Source: Takakia lepidozioides
Taxonomy: Eukaryota > Plantae > Bryophyta
Assembly: GCA_030704615.1 (NCBI GenBank)
Contig: CM060732.1
Coordinates: forward strand, 4,278,001-4,342,000
DNA: 64,000 bases
Direction: 5' to 3'
Shown: positions 50,228 through 63,182 of the stretch, piece after piece
Position numbering within the stretch: position 1 is the stretch's first letter
Layout: each line of letters starts with the position of its first letter
The notes under the pieces: generated by a model
Databases searched by the model: none
What the model saw: the letters and a program-made list of their open reading frames with translations, nothing else
Told to the model about the DNA's origin: nothing
Translations under genes and position numbers: made by a program

Positions 50228-51530
50228 TGCAAGAAGCATTGTAACTTACGAGTTGATGTCTGTCATTACCGCTTTGAGAAGATTGCGATCTTTGGGCCCC
50301 GCAACCTTCAGCACAACACACTCCACGGCGTAACGCCAATCCAGGTCGTTGGGGTGGGCTTGGGCTACATGCTCCATCCATGCCAGGAGGCGATGATTGT
50401 CGTCCCACACGTAAAACATCTTTCCGGACAAGTGGTGGAAAAGAGGATCAGTAGCAATCAATCTCTCGAACTCCTCATTTCGCCTTTGCCAATGAGGACC
50501 CCATTTGTCCACCTCATCGGAAGTGTGGGCACGAGAAGCTCCATGGTCGTTCTCCATGGAAACGTAAAACGTGGTAGACCCCATTCGATATCCCTCCCAA
50601 AAAGAGAATTTCAGCTTGTCGATATCGCCTGGGAGGGCAGGTCTGACCACCTGCAATGAAACCAGCGGCAAAGGGGAATCCGAAGCTTGGCCGGGTACAC
50701 CATGCCCCCCAGGACCCTGCCAATGTTGCTGTGGGTTGCCTCCAACATCTTGGCAGTGGCGAACTTCATATCCGCCTCCGACATGACGTCTGTTGCAGGG
50801 GGGTTCTCCGGCAGCCCACCCGGACCGCCAAATCCAGCCTATATGCTCCGGGTTTGGGGCCTGGGGATGTCCGGGAGGATGTCATCCTGGTCAAAAAGCT
50901 CCCTCTCGTCGTCCTCAACATGGTCAACCACCGCCGGAACTACCTCCAGCACTCTCCCCGTCTCTACTGCCCTCTCACCGGCTTCACCTCGAACTTGCAC
51001 AATCCGTGCTCTTTGTGGTGTTCTTTCCCCTCCTCCAGTCTCCACCGTATGGGTAATTGCGGGGGCTGCTCCTGCCCGCGATGGTGTAACCGGCGTGTTA
51101 CTGCCTCTTTGTGGTGTCTTGGATGGATCCACCGTTTCTATGCGTCCCTCGCTTACATGGGCATCTGTCATTTCCACACCCCTGGCCTCTTCAGTGGCCT
51201 TTTCTCTTTCCTCCTGGCTAGCCTTCTGTCTCGCCCGTTCTTTTGCCCTCTCTTTTGCCCTCTCACGGGCTTTCTGTTTCTTACTAGGGGTAGCAGTAGG
51301 GGAGCCCTCCAGGACGACCACCTTTGATTGAGGCGAATTGACACCCTCGCGCGCCCTGCTCACTCCCCCCTCCGCAGCCCGTGACGGCTCTCTCGCCGGG
51401 GAATGGCTTTCTTCTTCTTCTTTGCGTGGGCGGGCCCTACTGCATGTGCATCAACATTCTCCATTGCCGGATCTGCTGTCCTCATACGATGTCCTTCACC
51501 TGCCATGCCGCCTGCACCAACCTCCCCAAT
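50228..51530 (-). pseudogene. ParB-gene fragment C (N-terminal and ParB exon)
   Basis: FYVWDDNHRLLAW (G to D change); collinear with 22320-23670. Confidence 0.88.
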
Positions 51531-51649
51531 GAGAATCACGTCCCGGGAATGAGGTTAATGTTTCGTCAAGAAACTGCAAAAATGGTGCCAAATTTCTATG
51601 CGGGGTGGGCCTGATGGTCCCGGTTCCCCGGGGTGCCGTGCAATGAAAG

Positions 51650-52560
51650 TGGTAATTCGGCGCCATTTTTCCCAAGGGTGAGGGAGCCCATTATGGGACT
51701 TAGCCGTTTTGGGGCCCAACCTAGAGAAATGGCGCCGAATTTCCACTTTCGGGCCCCAGAAATGGCTAAGTCCCTCGGGTGGCTAGCACCAAAACTGGAA
51801 ATTCGGCGCCATTTTTCCAGGTTGGGGCCCAGCGCTTTCTGGGACTTGGCCACTTTCGGACCCAGCCTGGAAAAATGGCGCCGAATTTCCAATTCTGGGC
51901 CTCGAAAATGGCTAAGTCCCGGGGGTGGCTGGCACCGATACTGGAAATTTGGCGCCATTTTTCCAGGTTGGGGCCCAGCCCTTTCTGGGACTTAGCCACT
52001 TTCGGACCTAGCCTGGAAAAATGGCGCCAAATTTCCACTTTCAGGCCCCAGAAATGGCTAAGTCCCTCGGGTGGCTGGCACCGAAACTGGAAATTCGGCG
52101 CCATTTTTCCAGGTTGGGGCCCAGCGCTTTCTGGGACTTAGCCACTTTCGGACCCAGCCTGGAAAAATGGCGCCGAATTTCCAGTTCCAGGCCCCAAAAA
52201 TGGCTAAGTCTCGGGGGTGGCTGGCACCGATACTGGAAATTCGGCGCCATTTTTCCAGGTTGGGGCCCAGCCCTTTCTGGGACTTAGCCATTTTCGGACC
52301 CAGCCTGGAAAAATGGCGCCGAATTTCCAGTTCCGGGCCCCGAAAATGGCTAAGTCCCGGGGGTGGCTGGCACCGATACTGGAAACTCGGCACCATTTTT
52401 CCAGGTTGGGGCCCAGCCCTTTATGGGACTTAGCCACTTTCGGACCCAGCCTGGAAAAATGGCGCCGAATTTCCAGTTCCGGGCCCCGAAAATGGCTAAG
52501 TCCCGGGGGTGGCTGGCATCGATATTGGAAATTCGGCGCCATTTTCCCTGTCTCGGGGGC
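51650..52560. repeat. Type 1 array, exact 146-bp period, in the intron position of fragment D
   Basis: GGCTAAGTC at 51764, 51910, 52056, 52202, 52348 and 52494; lies downstream of the donor at 52684. Confidence 0.96.
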
Positions 52561-52684
52561 AGTCACCCCAGGGACTTCGCCATTTCTTCACAACCAATTG
52601 TCATGCCCCACACAAGCCGTTTTACATCCACGAACTCCAGGGACTACAATGGCCACAGATCAAAGAGGAGCACCGCATATTTAC

Positions 52685-53351
52685 CTGTACAGAAGGCGCA
52701 TTGCCGCTTTGTCCGCGTTCGGCTGGTCGGTGAACTCGTGGCTCCGGCGGGCATGCGGTATCTCTCGAAAGAACAGGTCGGTTTTGTAGAGCAGAAAGTA
52801 CCTCGCCACATAGTCGCGTAGGCTCTCTGTTTCTCCAGAAATCTCCAGCTTGAACTGATGTGCTTGGGTGTCAAGCTGCTCTTGCGCATTTGTCGTCACC
52901 TGTGGAGATTCTCCATCAGACCGCATTCCTCAATAAATACAATAAATCCACCAGATACAAGAGTAGAAGTGCCAAATGAAGCGTGGGAAAGTACCTGAAA
53001 CCACCATGTCATGCGGTTCATCCACATGTCAAATGTGGGGTCAGACAGTTTGTCGGGTTTGGGGAAGCTCCACATGTCCCTTGTACTCTGGGACCCATTC
53101 CAGATTTGGAGCCACCGGGTCTGTCCAACCACCGTGCATATTAGTAAGTGCCAAACACCACGAAAACGAATTGTTGCCACAAGAGAATTTGGTTAAGAAT
53201 GTATAACCTTCTATGTTGCATCCACACAGGCTATGGTTAGACGATGCACCTTCTCCAGTGTCATCGTGGGCTTAAGAGCGCGGGAGTAGTGCTTCCCCAC
53301 CTCCACCAGAAAGTCGGCACCAAGGGCGGGATCAGCTATAGCCACGTACTT
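52685..53351 (-). pseudogene. ParB-gene fragment D (middle exons)
   Basis: TRWLQIWNGSQSTRDMWSFPKPD and VTTNAQEQLD..AAMRLLYR, homologous to 21121-21785. Confidence 0.88.
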
Positions 53352-53928
53352 CACCATTCTTCCTGACATGCTGCTGTCTCACTTCCTTCTTCATCTATTG
53401 TGTCTACCCGTTGCATGATTCCCAACGTCGCTTGCTCTTCGGCCGTTAGGTGTACAGTGTGTCGAATCATCTGGAGTAACAATGGAGTTGCCATGGTAAC
53501 AGTCGCTTCCTTCTTCTTCTTTGTCAACCTGGTCAGTTCTTGAGTTAACTTCTTCAATAAGAAGCTTGCCCAATTCACGATTTGCCCATTGAAGCAAATC
53601 AACACTTGGTCGATTAGCTCCTTGGTACATATCTGCGACATTTGCTAGAACTTCTTCCAGATGGAATAATTCATATTCCCTGACTCGTAATGATTCTTCT
53701 AAGCCCCATCGTTCATGAGTTCCGGTTCGTAGTGTGGGTATCATACATTCAATGGGTAATAGTGCCTCTGCTCCATACACTAGTGAAATGGTGTATGCTT
53801 CGTGGTCACCTTGTATGATGTCCTGAATGCCCATAGTGTTGTGTTCAATTTGGTGTCCCAATCTGTACGATTAGCATTTACTATCTTGGTTAAAATAGTG
53901 CATAATATTTTGTTGGTAGATTCAGCAA
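53352..53928 (-). pseudogene. Gypsy integrase C-terminal and extra-ORF fragments fused by deletion
   Basis: STNKILCTILTKIVNANRTDWD..LVYGAEALLP joined to ELIDQVL..VNWASFL. Confidence 0.85.
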
Positions 53929-54838
53929 ACGTCATGTCGGAGACGGATATGAAGTTGGCCGCTACCAAGATTTTGGAGGCAACCCACAGCAACATTGGCA
54001 GGGTCCTGGGGGGCATGGTGTACCCGGAAAAGCTTCGGATTCCTCTCTGCCGCTTGGTATCATTGCAGGTGGTGAGACCTGCCCTCCCAGACGATATCGA
54101 CAAGCTCAAATTCTCTTTCCGAGAGGGATATCGAATGGGGTCTGCCGCGTTTTATGTTTCCATTGAGAACGACCATGGAGCTTCTTGTGCCCACACTTCC
54201 GATGAGGTGGACAAATGGGGTCCCCATTGGCAAAGGCGAAATGAGGAGTTCGAGAGATTGATTGCTACTGATCCTCTTTTCCACCACTTGTCTGGAAAGA
54301 CATTTTACGTGTGGGACGGCAATCATCGCCTCCTGGCATGGATGGAGCATGTAGCCCAAGCCCACCCCAACGACCTAGATTGGCGTTACGCCGTGGAGTA
54401 TGTTGTGCTAAAGGTTGCGGGGCCCAAAGATCGCAGTCTTCTCAAAGCTGCAATGGCAGACATCAACTTGTAAGTTACAATGTCTCTTGCTTTGGAACTT
54501 TGAATTTGAAACAATCATTTCATTGCCAATCGTCATATTTGTTGCAAATTTTCATTTCAGTATCATTTAATGGAAATGTGGCATTGCAGGGTGACTGAGA
54601 ATGCCTTCATTTCGGGTACAGCTCCCAACTCTTTTGTTGACATAATCTGTCTTTGCTCCCCCAATAGAAGAAAAAGTGTGGACCAGGATTTCTAATCTTA
54701 TGTGCGCATTGTTGACAGACGAAAATTCAGCAGGATTTGGCACATGCGCGGAGGTTCTACATGGAGTCAGAGGAGAAGAAACTAACCCTCCCGGCATTGG
54801 AATCATATCTCAAAGCTGCGGAGGCGAAGGCCCGCATC
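53929..54838 (+). pseudogene. ParB-gene fragment E (inverted)
   Basis: VMSETDMKLAA..FYVWDGNHRLLAW..ADINL, then AHARRFYMESEEK..AEAKARI; one exon internally deleted. Confidence 0.88.
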
Positions 54839-55994
54839 TTCAGAGCTCCGAATTTGGGTTGCATCGCTGATGCAGCATCCCCCCTTGGAGTAACAATCCC
54901 GGTTTGGAGTGGAAGAGATGATGCAATGGAACTAGAATGACGTGATGGCATCCAAACGTATGATCTGAGGAGAGCAAACAGAAGGAACTTCCTGCATTGG
55001 GCAGAGTTTAAACTGATCCCTGTCCAAGTTCCAGAGGGCCCTAGAAAGAACTCCAATAATCATTTTTGAGGTGAGGTTGAATCAAGAATGGTTCTTTGAT
55101 TTGATGTCATCAAACCCTCATACTCAGAAATCTGGTAAAGAGAAATAAAAGAGTCAACACAGCTTTTGTTTGGCAAAGTTGAATGAATAACCATTGGGTA
55201 TTCTCCACTCACTCCAGATGATTTCACAAAGAACTATGCAGAAACTGATTTGGGGCACCCTCGTTCGACAATTTTGGGTGCAAAACTTCCAATCTCTTTA
55301 TGTCATAAAATGTCATCATCGCCATACTGAGATGACAAGTGATTTTGACCTTTCCACCATCACATATAAAGCAAAGCACTTTCATGCATCAGGCACTACT
55401 ATTACTGTGCAAGAATTTAATCAATGCATTCTGTTGTCTGCTGCTGTAACATATAGGCAGTCAGGTTCTTGTCTTGATTGACCCACCATTGAACTGGGCT
55501 TCTCCTCCTTTCTTTTGGCCTTTTGGATGTTTGCTGGTGTTGCTGAATCTGGACAGACGTGGACATGGCCACTCATTGTCCTCCACAGGTGGCCTCCTTG
55601 CTCATTCCCCAGTCATCCTACACCCAAAAATGATGTGGCTCCATTTGTTAGGAGCTACAAATTGAAGTGGGTATCCCAACTCCTTGGATGCTGACCAATT
55701 TCAAGTCACAGGTTACCTCAAAGTTTTTTTGTTCCCAAACTTTCTGGCATCTCTATAAGAGAATTGGGATGCCAAACTTGGAACCCAAAAGCATTACCCA
55801 AACAGTGATAGGTGTATGAAATTGGGAGTCTAAAGAGAGCCACAGACAATCTTGTCGTCATGAGTATGTGGACCTGGGTAAATGTCTTAAACCTTTACCC
55901 AGAAATAAATTGGTTTCAAGTTACTTACAGAAGTAATAACAAACTATGACCTTTCCACCCTCAGGTTTGACGCTTTCATATGTATTGTTTCGCT

Positions 55995-58726
55995 TCACCA
56001 GTAATCTCCACAAGAACAAACCCCATCTTGGAAGTGGTGAAAGCGGTGGGCATCCCGTACAACAACTGCTCGCCCAACAACATTCGAGATGAACTTGGTG
56101 GCGGTGTGGCAGTCTCCACACACCCGAAGGTTCTTGGTGATGAGGAGAGGCATCCCAGGGGGGGTGCTGATGAGCCCAAAAGCAATGGCCAGCTTCTCAC
56201 TATGGTGGCATAGAGAAATTTCCTTCATCTCTTCCTCCACATCATGCAATACAAAGCGGGTGTCAGGCATATACCCGGCCTCCTTCATCCGCCCAGATAA
56301 TCTCTTCAGCTCTGCACGGATTTCCTCATTTAGTGGATGCAAGTCATCTTCTACAACGAATGCATGCACCCTGTTTTCAACCTCAATGCAGCAGTGCCCG
56401 GGCTCCTTTCTGACACCTCTGTCCTCCATCAATTTCCTTATCCTTGCTTTATCGTCCCACCTGCCAGCTGAAGCATAGATGTTTGACAGCAGCACATAAG
56501 TGGAAGCCTCCTGTGGGTCCAACTCAAGAAGGCAATTGGCCGCATGTTCTGCTCTCTCCACATCACCATGAATTCTGCAGGCACTGAGGAAGGCCCCCCA
56601 AACCCCAGAACTTGGTTCAATTGGCATTTTGTTGATGAAGTGCTCTGCCTCATCCAAGTGCCCTGCACGGCCAAGAAGGTCAACCATGCAGCCAAAATGT
56701 TCAACTGTAGGAGTGAGGCCGTGATCTCGGGTCATGGAACCAAAGTAGCCTCGGCCTTCATCCACTAAACCAACATGGCTACATGCAGAGAGAAGAGATG
56801 TAAAGGTGATACCGTTTGGCCTGACACCTTTACGTTGCATTTGTTCAAAGAGTTGGAGGGCATCCCTTCCACACCCGTGCTGAGCATATCCTGCTATCAT
56901 TGCACTCCATGACACCACATTTTGTTGAGCCATATTGTCAAACAATTGACGAGCCTCCTTCATGCTCCCACATTTGGCATACATGTCAACAAGGGCATTC
57001 TCCATAATGATATCTGGCACAATACCAGCTGTCGTAATGTCACCATGGACCGCTTTGCCCTTTTCCAGGGCTGCCATGTTGGCACACGCATTGAGAACGC
57101 AAGTGAATGTGACCCTATTAGGTCTCACCTCTTCCCATATCATTTCCTCGTAGATCTGGAAAGCATCCCGACCATACCCATGCTGTGCATACCCTGCGAT
57201 CATCACATTCCATGAGACCACATTTCGTTCACCCATATTGTCAAAAAGTTCCCGTGCGTCCTTCATGCTCCCACATTTAGCATATCCTGCTATCATAGCA
57301 GTCCATGACACCACATTTCGAGTAGCCATATTGTCAAACACTCCACGTGCATCCTTTATGCTCCCGCATTTTGCATACATGTCAACAATAGCAGTCTCCA
57401 GAATGATATGTGGCACAACTCCGACTTCTATGATGACAGCATGGACCTCTTTGCCCTTTTGCAGGGCTGCCTGGCTGGCACATGCATTCAGAACACAAAT
57501 GAATGTGACAATGTTCGGTGTCACCCCCTTGTGTAACATTTGATCATAGATCTCAAAAGCCTGCCTACCATACCCATTCTTGGCATATCCTGCTATCATT
57601 ATGGTCCATGTAAACAAATCTCGTTCAGGCAATTTGTCAAAAACTCTGTGGGCATCCACCAGACTCCCGCACTTGATGTACATGTTGACAAGGAAGCTGA
57701 GTAGAAAGGCATTGGGCTTGAACCCACTTTGGATAATGTGGGCGTGCACCTGCTTTCCCTCTGCTAGGCCTTTTATCTTGATGCATTCCTGCAAGAGACA
57801 GACATAAGTATTGGAGTCTACCAAAGTGCCTAGTCTGTTCAGAATGTGCATTGCCTCTTTCAGTTCGCCTGCCTTACATAGTGTCCTCATATTCCCACAA
57901 ATGCGAGATGAGTTCCTGTTGACACCATCACCTGGTCCTCTTTCAACAGTACTGGTCATGGTGGAGGTGTCGGATTCAAGCAACTGTGCCTGATTAAACC
58001 CTGCCATCCTGCATGGCGCAAAACTCGTAGTTACAACTGTTGCATCAATTTATATGATATATCTCAAAGCTCCCAGATCTTGAAAGAAAAATCTTCTCCT
58101 TGCCACATATTAACACACGTGAAGGCCTCTACTTTCAGAATGACCCAACCCCGTCTATGTGTTTTCATCATCAAAACAATACCTGTGGTATTCCTGGCCT
58201 GGAGCTCTGCTGTGTACACCGACATTAGGCCCACCACCAAATTGTGCGGGACATTGTCTCATGTCATACAGCTCTGCTTCTACCGAACGAAGCTTTGTCG
58301 ATCCCTCCATCCACAGATCCTCCTCTGTTCGCTTATTTCCAAAGTCTGGTGATAATGGACGTTTCTGTGAAAACCACTAGCCTCAACTGAGCAGCCAAAG
58401 AGGCAACCATAACCCTGTACCAGGGTACACCGTAAAAACCTCCAAGGACCTTATGACCGCCAACGACTAACCACAGAATGACCGCCACAGTAAGGATTAC
58501 TTCTGCTGCTTTTCCACGACCAAGAATAAATCAAATTCCTAGTTCACGGACCGAATGTCACCATGCCAGCTTCAATCCCTCTTTGAGAAACGCGTTCACA
58601 TCCTAAATGAAAGAATAAAAGCCCCACCTTGTAAACATGTCGTGTTGTGAAGGATCTGAGAAAAAATCTTGCCAGAGTTGTTGATGAGCTGCATGCAAAC
58701 AGCTGTGAAGCAGCACACATCCTCAT
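55995..58726 (-). CDS. PLS-class PPR protein with E and DYW deaminase domains (organellar RNA-editing factor), 3 exons, 764 aa
   Basis: join(58628-58726, 58183-58364, 55995-58008) is phase-compatible and stop-free with GT-AG introns; PLS repeats; [29 protein letters not shown] end. Confidence 0.95.
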
Positions 58727-59012
58727 CAATCGTACCAGCGAATGTCGGCATTCCTCAACCCGCTCCAATTCCCTGCAACCACGATTGTCTTTGCCACTGC
58801 GGACCTCATCACTTCCCGGCCGCTCATTTCAGGCCGGCAGGAAATCACCGACGCCGGAGCACTTGCCAAACGTGTACTAGATTCCAGGAATAAAGATTTT
58901 CAAAAAAAGAAAAGGGAAATAAAGTTTGCTGAACGTCAAGGTGCAAGCTTAAGGATTGAACCCAGGATCACCTGGTTATGCACAGGCGATCTGGATATAG
59001 CGTGGAGCAGAG

Positions 59013-59021
59013 TTAGGGTTT
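59013..59021 (-). promoter_or_regulatory. Telo-box (AAACCCTAA) in the shared divergent promoter
   Basis: TTAGGGTTT between two head-to-head genes, followed by a CT-rich tract. Confidence 0.45.
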
Positions 59022-59373
59022 ATTGCTCTCTCTCTCTGCCTGCCTCTCTCCACTTTGAGAGTGGGAGCGAGCGATTTTGCGGTACTTTGTCTTCGTCTTC
59101 GTCTTGTGTCTGGCATCTCGTCCAGTCATCCGTTTCATGCTTAGTGGTTCCAGTAGGGTGGATTTCTGTGTCTCGGTCGCTCTCTGGTCTTCCCGTGGAC
59201 GTTTCAAGTCCCGTTTCTTTCTTTGTGCCTGCTAGGCTGTGCTGGTGCGTTTCTTGAGTAGCTGATAGCGGTTCACCGCATTCTTCGACCGAGGTAGTGC
59301 CCAAGTTTTTATAACATTTTCTTGGGTGTGAATACACAAGTGCAAGCGCAGGTTGAACGGGGAAGGGAGAAAC

Positions 59374-62360
59374 ATGCCAGGCATAGGAGAGGTGCTGGCG
59401 CTGCCAGCCCCTCCGCCTGGAGGATTGCAGGGGCCTCTACCTGCGTCGCAGTTGACTGATGAGGACAAGGACGATGGGGAGAAAGAGAGTGGGTCAACAC
59501 CTCCGCGACTCCCCGTATCGGTGGCCACACACACGAAAACGATCGGCATGATTCATCCTCCCCCAGACATTCGCAGCATTGTTGACAAAACTGCACAGTT
59601 TGTAGCGCGAAATGGCCCTGAGTTTGAAAAGAGGATTTTAGCAAATGAGAAAAACAATGTGAAGTTCAATTTTTTGAACTCCACTGACCACTACCATGCA
59701 TATTATCAGCATAGGGTTAGTGAGATCAAATCACAGCTTGCCGCCCCTGCCCAGGCAGCTAATTTGACGGCCAGCATAGCTGCATCTCCTAAACCCGGAG
59801 AAGGAGGAGCCCCTCCTCCCAAGGAAGCAGCAGAGATAGTTATGACTGATTTACAGACGAAGCTTCCCGGTAGAGTAATTGATGCACCGGAACCAGAGCA
59901 GTATACGGTGCGGTTGCCAGAGATGATAACAAGCATAGAGTTGGACATAATCAAGTTGACAGCGCAATTTGTGGCTCGGAATGGGAAGAATTTTCTCACA
60001 GGATTGACTACCCGAGAACATAACACTGCACAATTTCTTTTTTTGAAGCCTGGACACAGCATGTTCACTTTTTTCACAGCACTTGCAGATTCTTATTCCA
60101 AGGTCCTCATGCCTCCTAAAGGCATTGTTGAAAAGCTGAAAAAAGATGTGAACAACAAGACAGGAGTTCTGGAGCGATGCCTGCACAGGTTGGAATGGGA
60201 GAAGTCACAGGAGAGAGCTCGGCAGAAAGCGGAGGACGAAATTGAACATGAAAGACTCCAGATGGCGTTAATTGATTGGCACGATTTTGTTGTGGTTGAG
60301 ACAATTGAATTTACTGAAGAGGAGGACGAAGAGTTGCCTCAGCCCATGACTCTCGAGGAGGTGGTTCGAAGAAGCAAGGCGCTTGCTATGGAAGAAGACG
60401 TAGAGGAGATTACAGAGGCGGGCAAGGAGGTGGAGATGGAGATGGATGAAGAAGAGTTGCAGCTGGTGGAGGAGAGCATGAGGGCAACCACAATCCAAGA
60501 TAGCAATGGTAGCAAGGCTGGAGAGGAAACGCCTCAGCAGCCACCACTGGACGAGGACGAGGCGCCCATGAGGATAGTGAAAAATTGGAAGCGGCCAGAA
60601 GATAGACTACCAGCAGAGAAGGACGCTCTTAAGGTTGTGGTGTCCCCAATCACCAACGAACTTATTCCAATCAACGAGATGGCTGAACACATGCGCATCT
60701 CTCTCATTGATCCCAAGTACAAGGAGCAAAAGGAGCGCATGATGGCTAAGCTTCGGGAGACCACACTGGCCACAGATGATGAAATTTCTCGCAACATTGT
60801 GGGGCTGGCACGGACTCGACCTGACATATTTGGAACAACAGAGGAAGAGGTTTCAAATGCAGTGAAGGCAGAGATCGAGAAAAAGAAGGAAGAGCCCAAG
60901 CAAGTAATTTGGGATGGGCATACAGGCAGTATCAGCCGCACTGCAACTCAAGCCTTGGCACAGACCATGACCCTTGAAGAACAAATTGCAGCAATTCACA
61001 GAGAGAAAGCAAATTTGACCGCCGATGGACGCCCTCTTCCAGGCCCTGCTGCACCCCCTGTTCCTAAGCTTGCACCCCCTCCTGCCAGGCCTCCTCTTCC
61101 TCCACCTGGACTGGCACTGAACATTCCTCGGCCTATGCAGGTGCCGGGCCAGCCTCCTGCCACAGCAGCTACACCTCCATTGGCTCCCACTCCGGCAAGG
61201 CCAGCAATTCTACCAACACCCCCCCCCTTGCGCCCACCTCCAGCTCCCCCTTCTCAAGCGGGACCTCCTTTGATTGTGCGCCCTCCACCCCCAATGCCTC
61301 CACCTGTGGTACTTCCCCCTCCCATGGGACCTCCGCCCGGGGCAGTTGGCCAATATGCACCGATGCCACCACAACAGAGGCCTTATCCACCTTCAATGCC
61401 AATGGCACCCCCTCCTCCCCAGATGTCTGCCATGCCTCCACCTCCTCCTCCAGAGGAAGCACCTCCACCACCCCCAGAGGAACCAGAACCCAAACGCCAG
61501 AAGGTAGACGAAGTGCCACTCATCCCAGAGGACCAATTTCTTGCTCAACATCCGGTAAATTGCCTCTTCCTTACTCTAATCGTTTTGAAATCTCTGCATT
61601 CATAAGATCTTTTATAGCCTGCCTTAGGAAGATGATGGCTGGTAGTGGTCAGTTCATAGTAATGGCTGTAAAGGCTACTTGAATATACACCGCTAACTGC
61701 TTTAATCTCAAGCAATCTGCAAAACCTCAAATACGTTTTGAATCAGCTTTGTCACTCATTTCAGAAGGTCCACTTGGTTCTGTAAGTTTGTCATTCTTGC
61801 ACCTGTCCAGAGGTCTGAATGTGCAGCATCTCTCATTGGAAAAGGATTTACTTGCCCCCCCCTGTTTCAGTTTCACAAGCAGGCTACCTTTTGACACAGC
61901 TACTGAAAGCAGTTTTTCTACTTCCAGTGGAAGCTTTCACTGTGCATTTTCCTTTTCTGTGTGGCTGGCAATTTATTAACCCACAGGGTTCATCACTGGA
62001 ATCGTTTGTCTTGCTCTGAAGTCCCAGATCATTGCCAGTTTTGTTAATGAAAGGTGGTGATGGGCTTGGCATGTCTATTTGCAGGGGGCAGTGCGGATCA
62101 GTGTGGCGGTACCAGCACTGGAAGGGGAGGGCAACCTGAAGGGCCAGACTCTGGACCTCACTGTTGTGTCTCTGTCAGAGACAATTGGAAGCCTCAAGGA
62201 AAAAATTGCCACCGAAGTTGCACTGGCCGCCAACAAGCAAAAGCTCAGCACTGGCCGAGCAGGGTTTCTTAAGGATAATTTGTCTCTTGCATATTACAAC
62301 ATTGGACCTGGGGAAAGTTTGTCACTGGGGGTCAGGGAGCGTGGTGGGAGAAAGAGGTAG
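59374..62360 (+). CDS. SF3A1: Splicing factor 3A subunit 1 (Prp21/SAP114), 2 coding exons, 818 aa
   Basis: join(59374-61554, 62085-62360); two SURP motifs (IVDKTAQFVARNG, IIKLTAQFVARNG), IDWHDFVVVETI, HMRISLIDP, Pro-rich region, C-terminal ubiquitin-like domain ending RERGGRKR. Confidence 0.97.
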
Positions 62361-62484
62361 TGTATGGGACAGTGAGTTTTTTCCCTTTCCTGTCAAACAG
62401 TTTCCATGGTTATCAATGTCAATTTGATGGACACCTTTTGCGTTACTGGAACAAGTTTGTAGTTGGATGTTTATTATAGGGGAA

Positions 62485-62587
62485 GGGCAGCTGATGAGGC
62501 CCTTCCACCGTTTAAGAATGCGTGAACGAGGGTGATAGCCCGAGTTCACGACATTCGAAAATGTTGGAAGGGCCTCATCAGCTGCCC
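62485..62587. repeat. 103-nt hairpin with a perfect 23-bp terminal stem
   Basis: GGGCAGCTGATGAGGCCCTTCCA / TGGAAGGGCCTCATCAGCTGCCC plus inner GAATG-CGTGAAC / GTTCACG-CATTC pairing. Confidence 0.85.
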
Positions 62588-63182
62588 CTTCACCGGCGTA
62601 AAAAACCAACGTGGCCCTTCATGGCCCCCCCAAAATCGTCACCGTACGAATTTCGCAAGGCCCTAGGGGTCTTACGCCTGGCCTCCTGTCAGGATGAAAC
62701 TTCCTGTCTGAGAAGGTAACAATTTTAACAAAGGGAATTTGTAGGCGGTTTCTTATGTATACGACTGCCCTCAACAAATGTGAAATCTGATAGGATCCGC
62801 TATTTCACTCATTATGGTTTGGCTGTGTAGGGTCAAACTTAATTTGTGTCTATCACGGTCTGTCGGTTGCTCCGTTTATTCTTCCACCATAGAGGTGGGG
62901 TGAGACATTGAGAGTGTAGCTCAAAGTTAGCAAGATAGGCATAGACAGAGGGTGGGGGATAGGATGAGAGAGATTGAGGCTTAGCATAGGATGTCGTGGG
63001 TTCATCTCACCAGCAATGATTTGGTGATATTATTATTTTTTATTTTTTTATTTGCCTCGTGGATCGGGAACCCCCCCCCCCCCCCACCCATCCCTCGTCA
63101 GTCTTCCACTTCTACCACTTCTACCCCTTCTCCAACACGCTTGAAGATCCTTTAATAAACTTGGCCACTAGGAGCCTGGAGA

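Noticed and set aside
20150-52560. CRISPR array interpretation of the palindromic repeats
   Set aside because: Inter-palindrome segments are themselves repeated rather than unique spacers; no cas genes; eukaryotic context.
45379-52821. Many ORFs such as MAPNFQFRAPK.. and MEIRRRISI.. as proteins
   Set aside because: Translations of stop-poor tandem arrays, open on both strands and in several frames.
55995-56400. U-to-C (KP-type) editing domain
   Set aside because: Canonical HSEKLA and a DYW terminus indicate the ordinary C-to-U type.
62491-62560. Hammerhead ribozyme (CTGATGA...GAAA)
   Set aside because: No stem II closes between CTGATGA and GAAA, and CTGATGA is sequestered in the perfect 23-bp stem.
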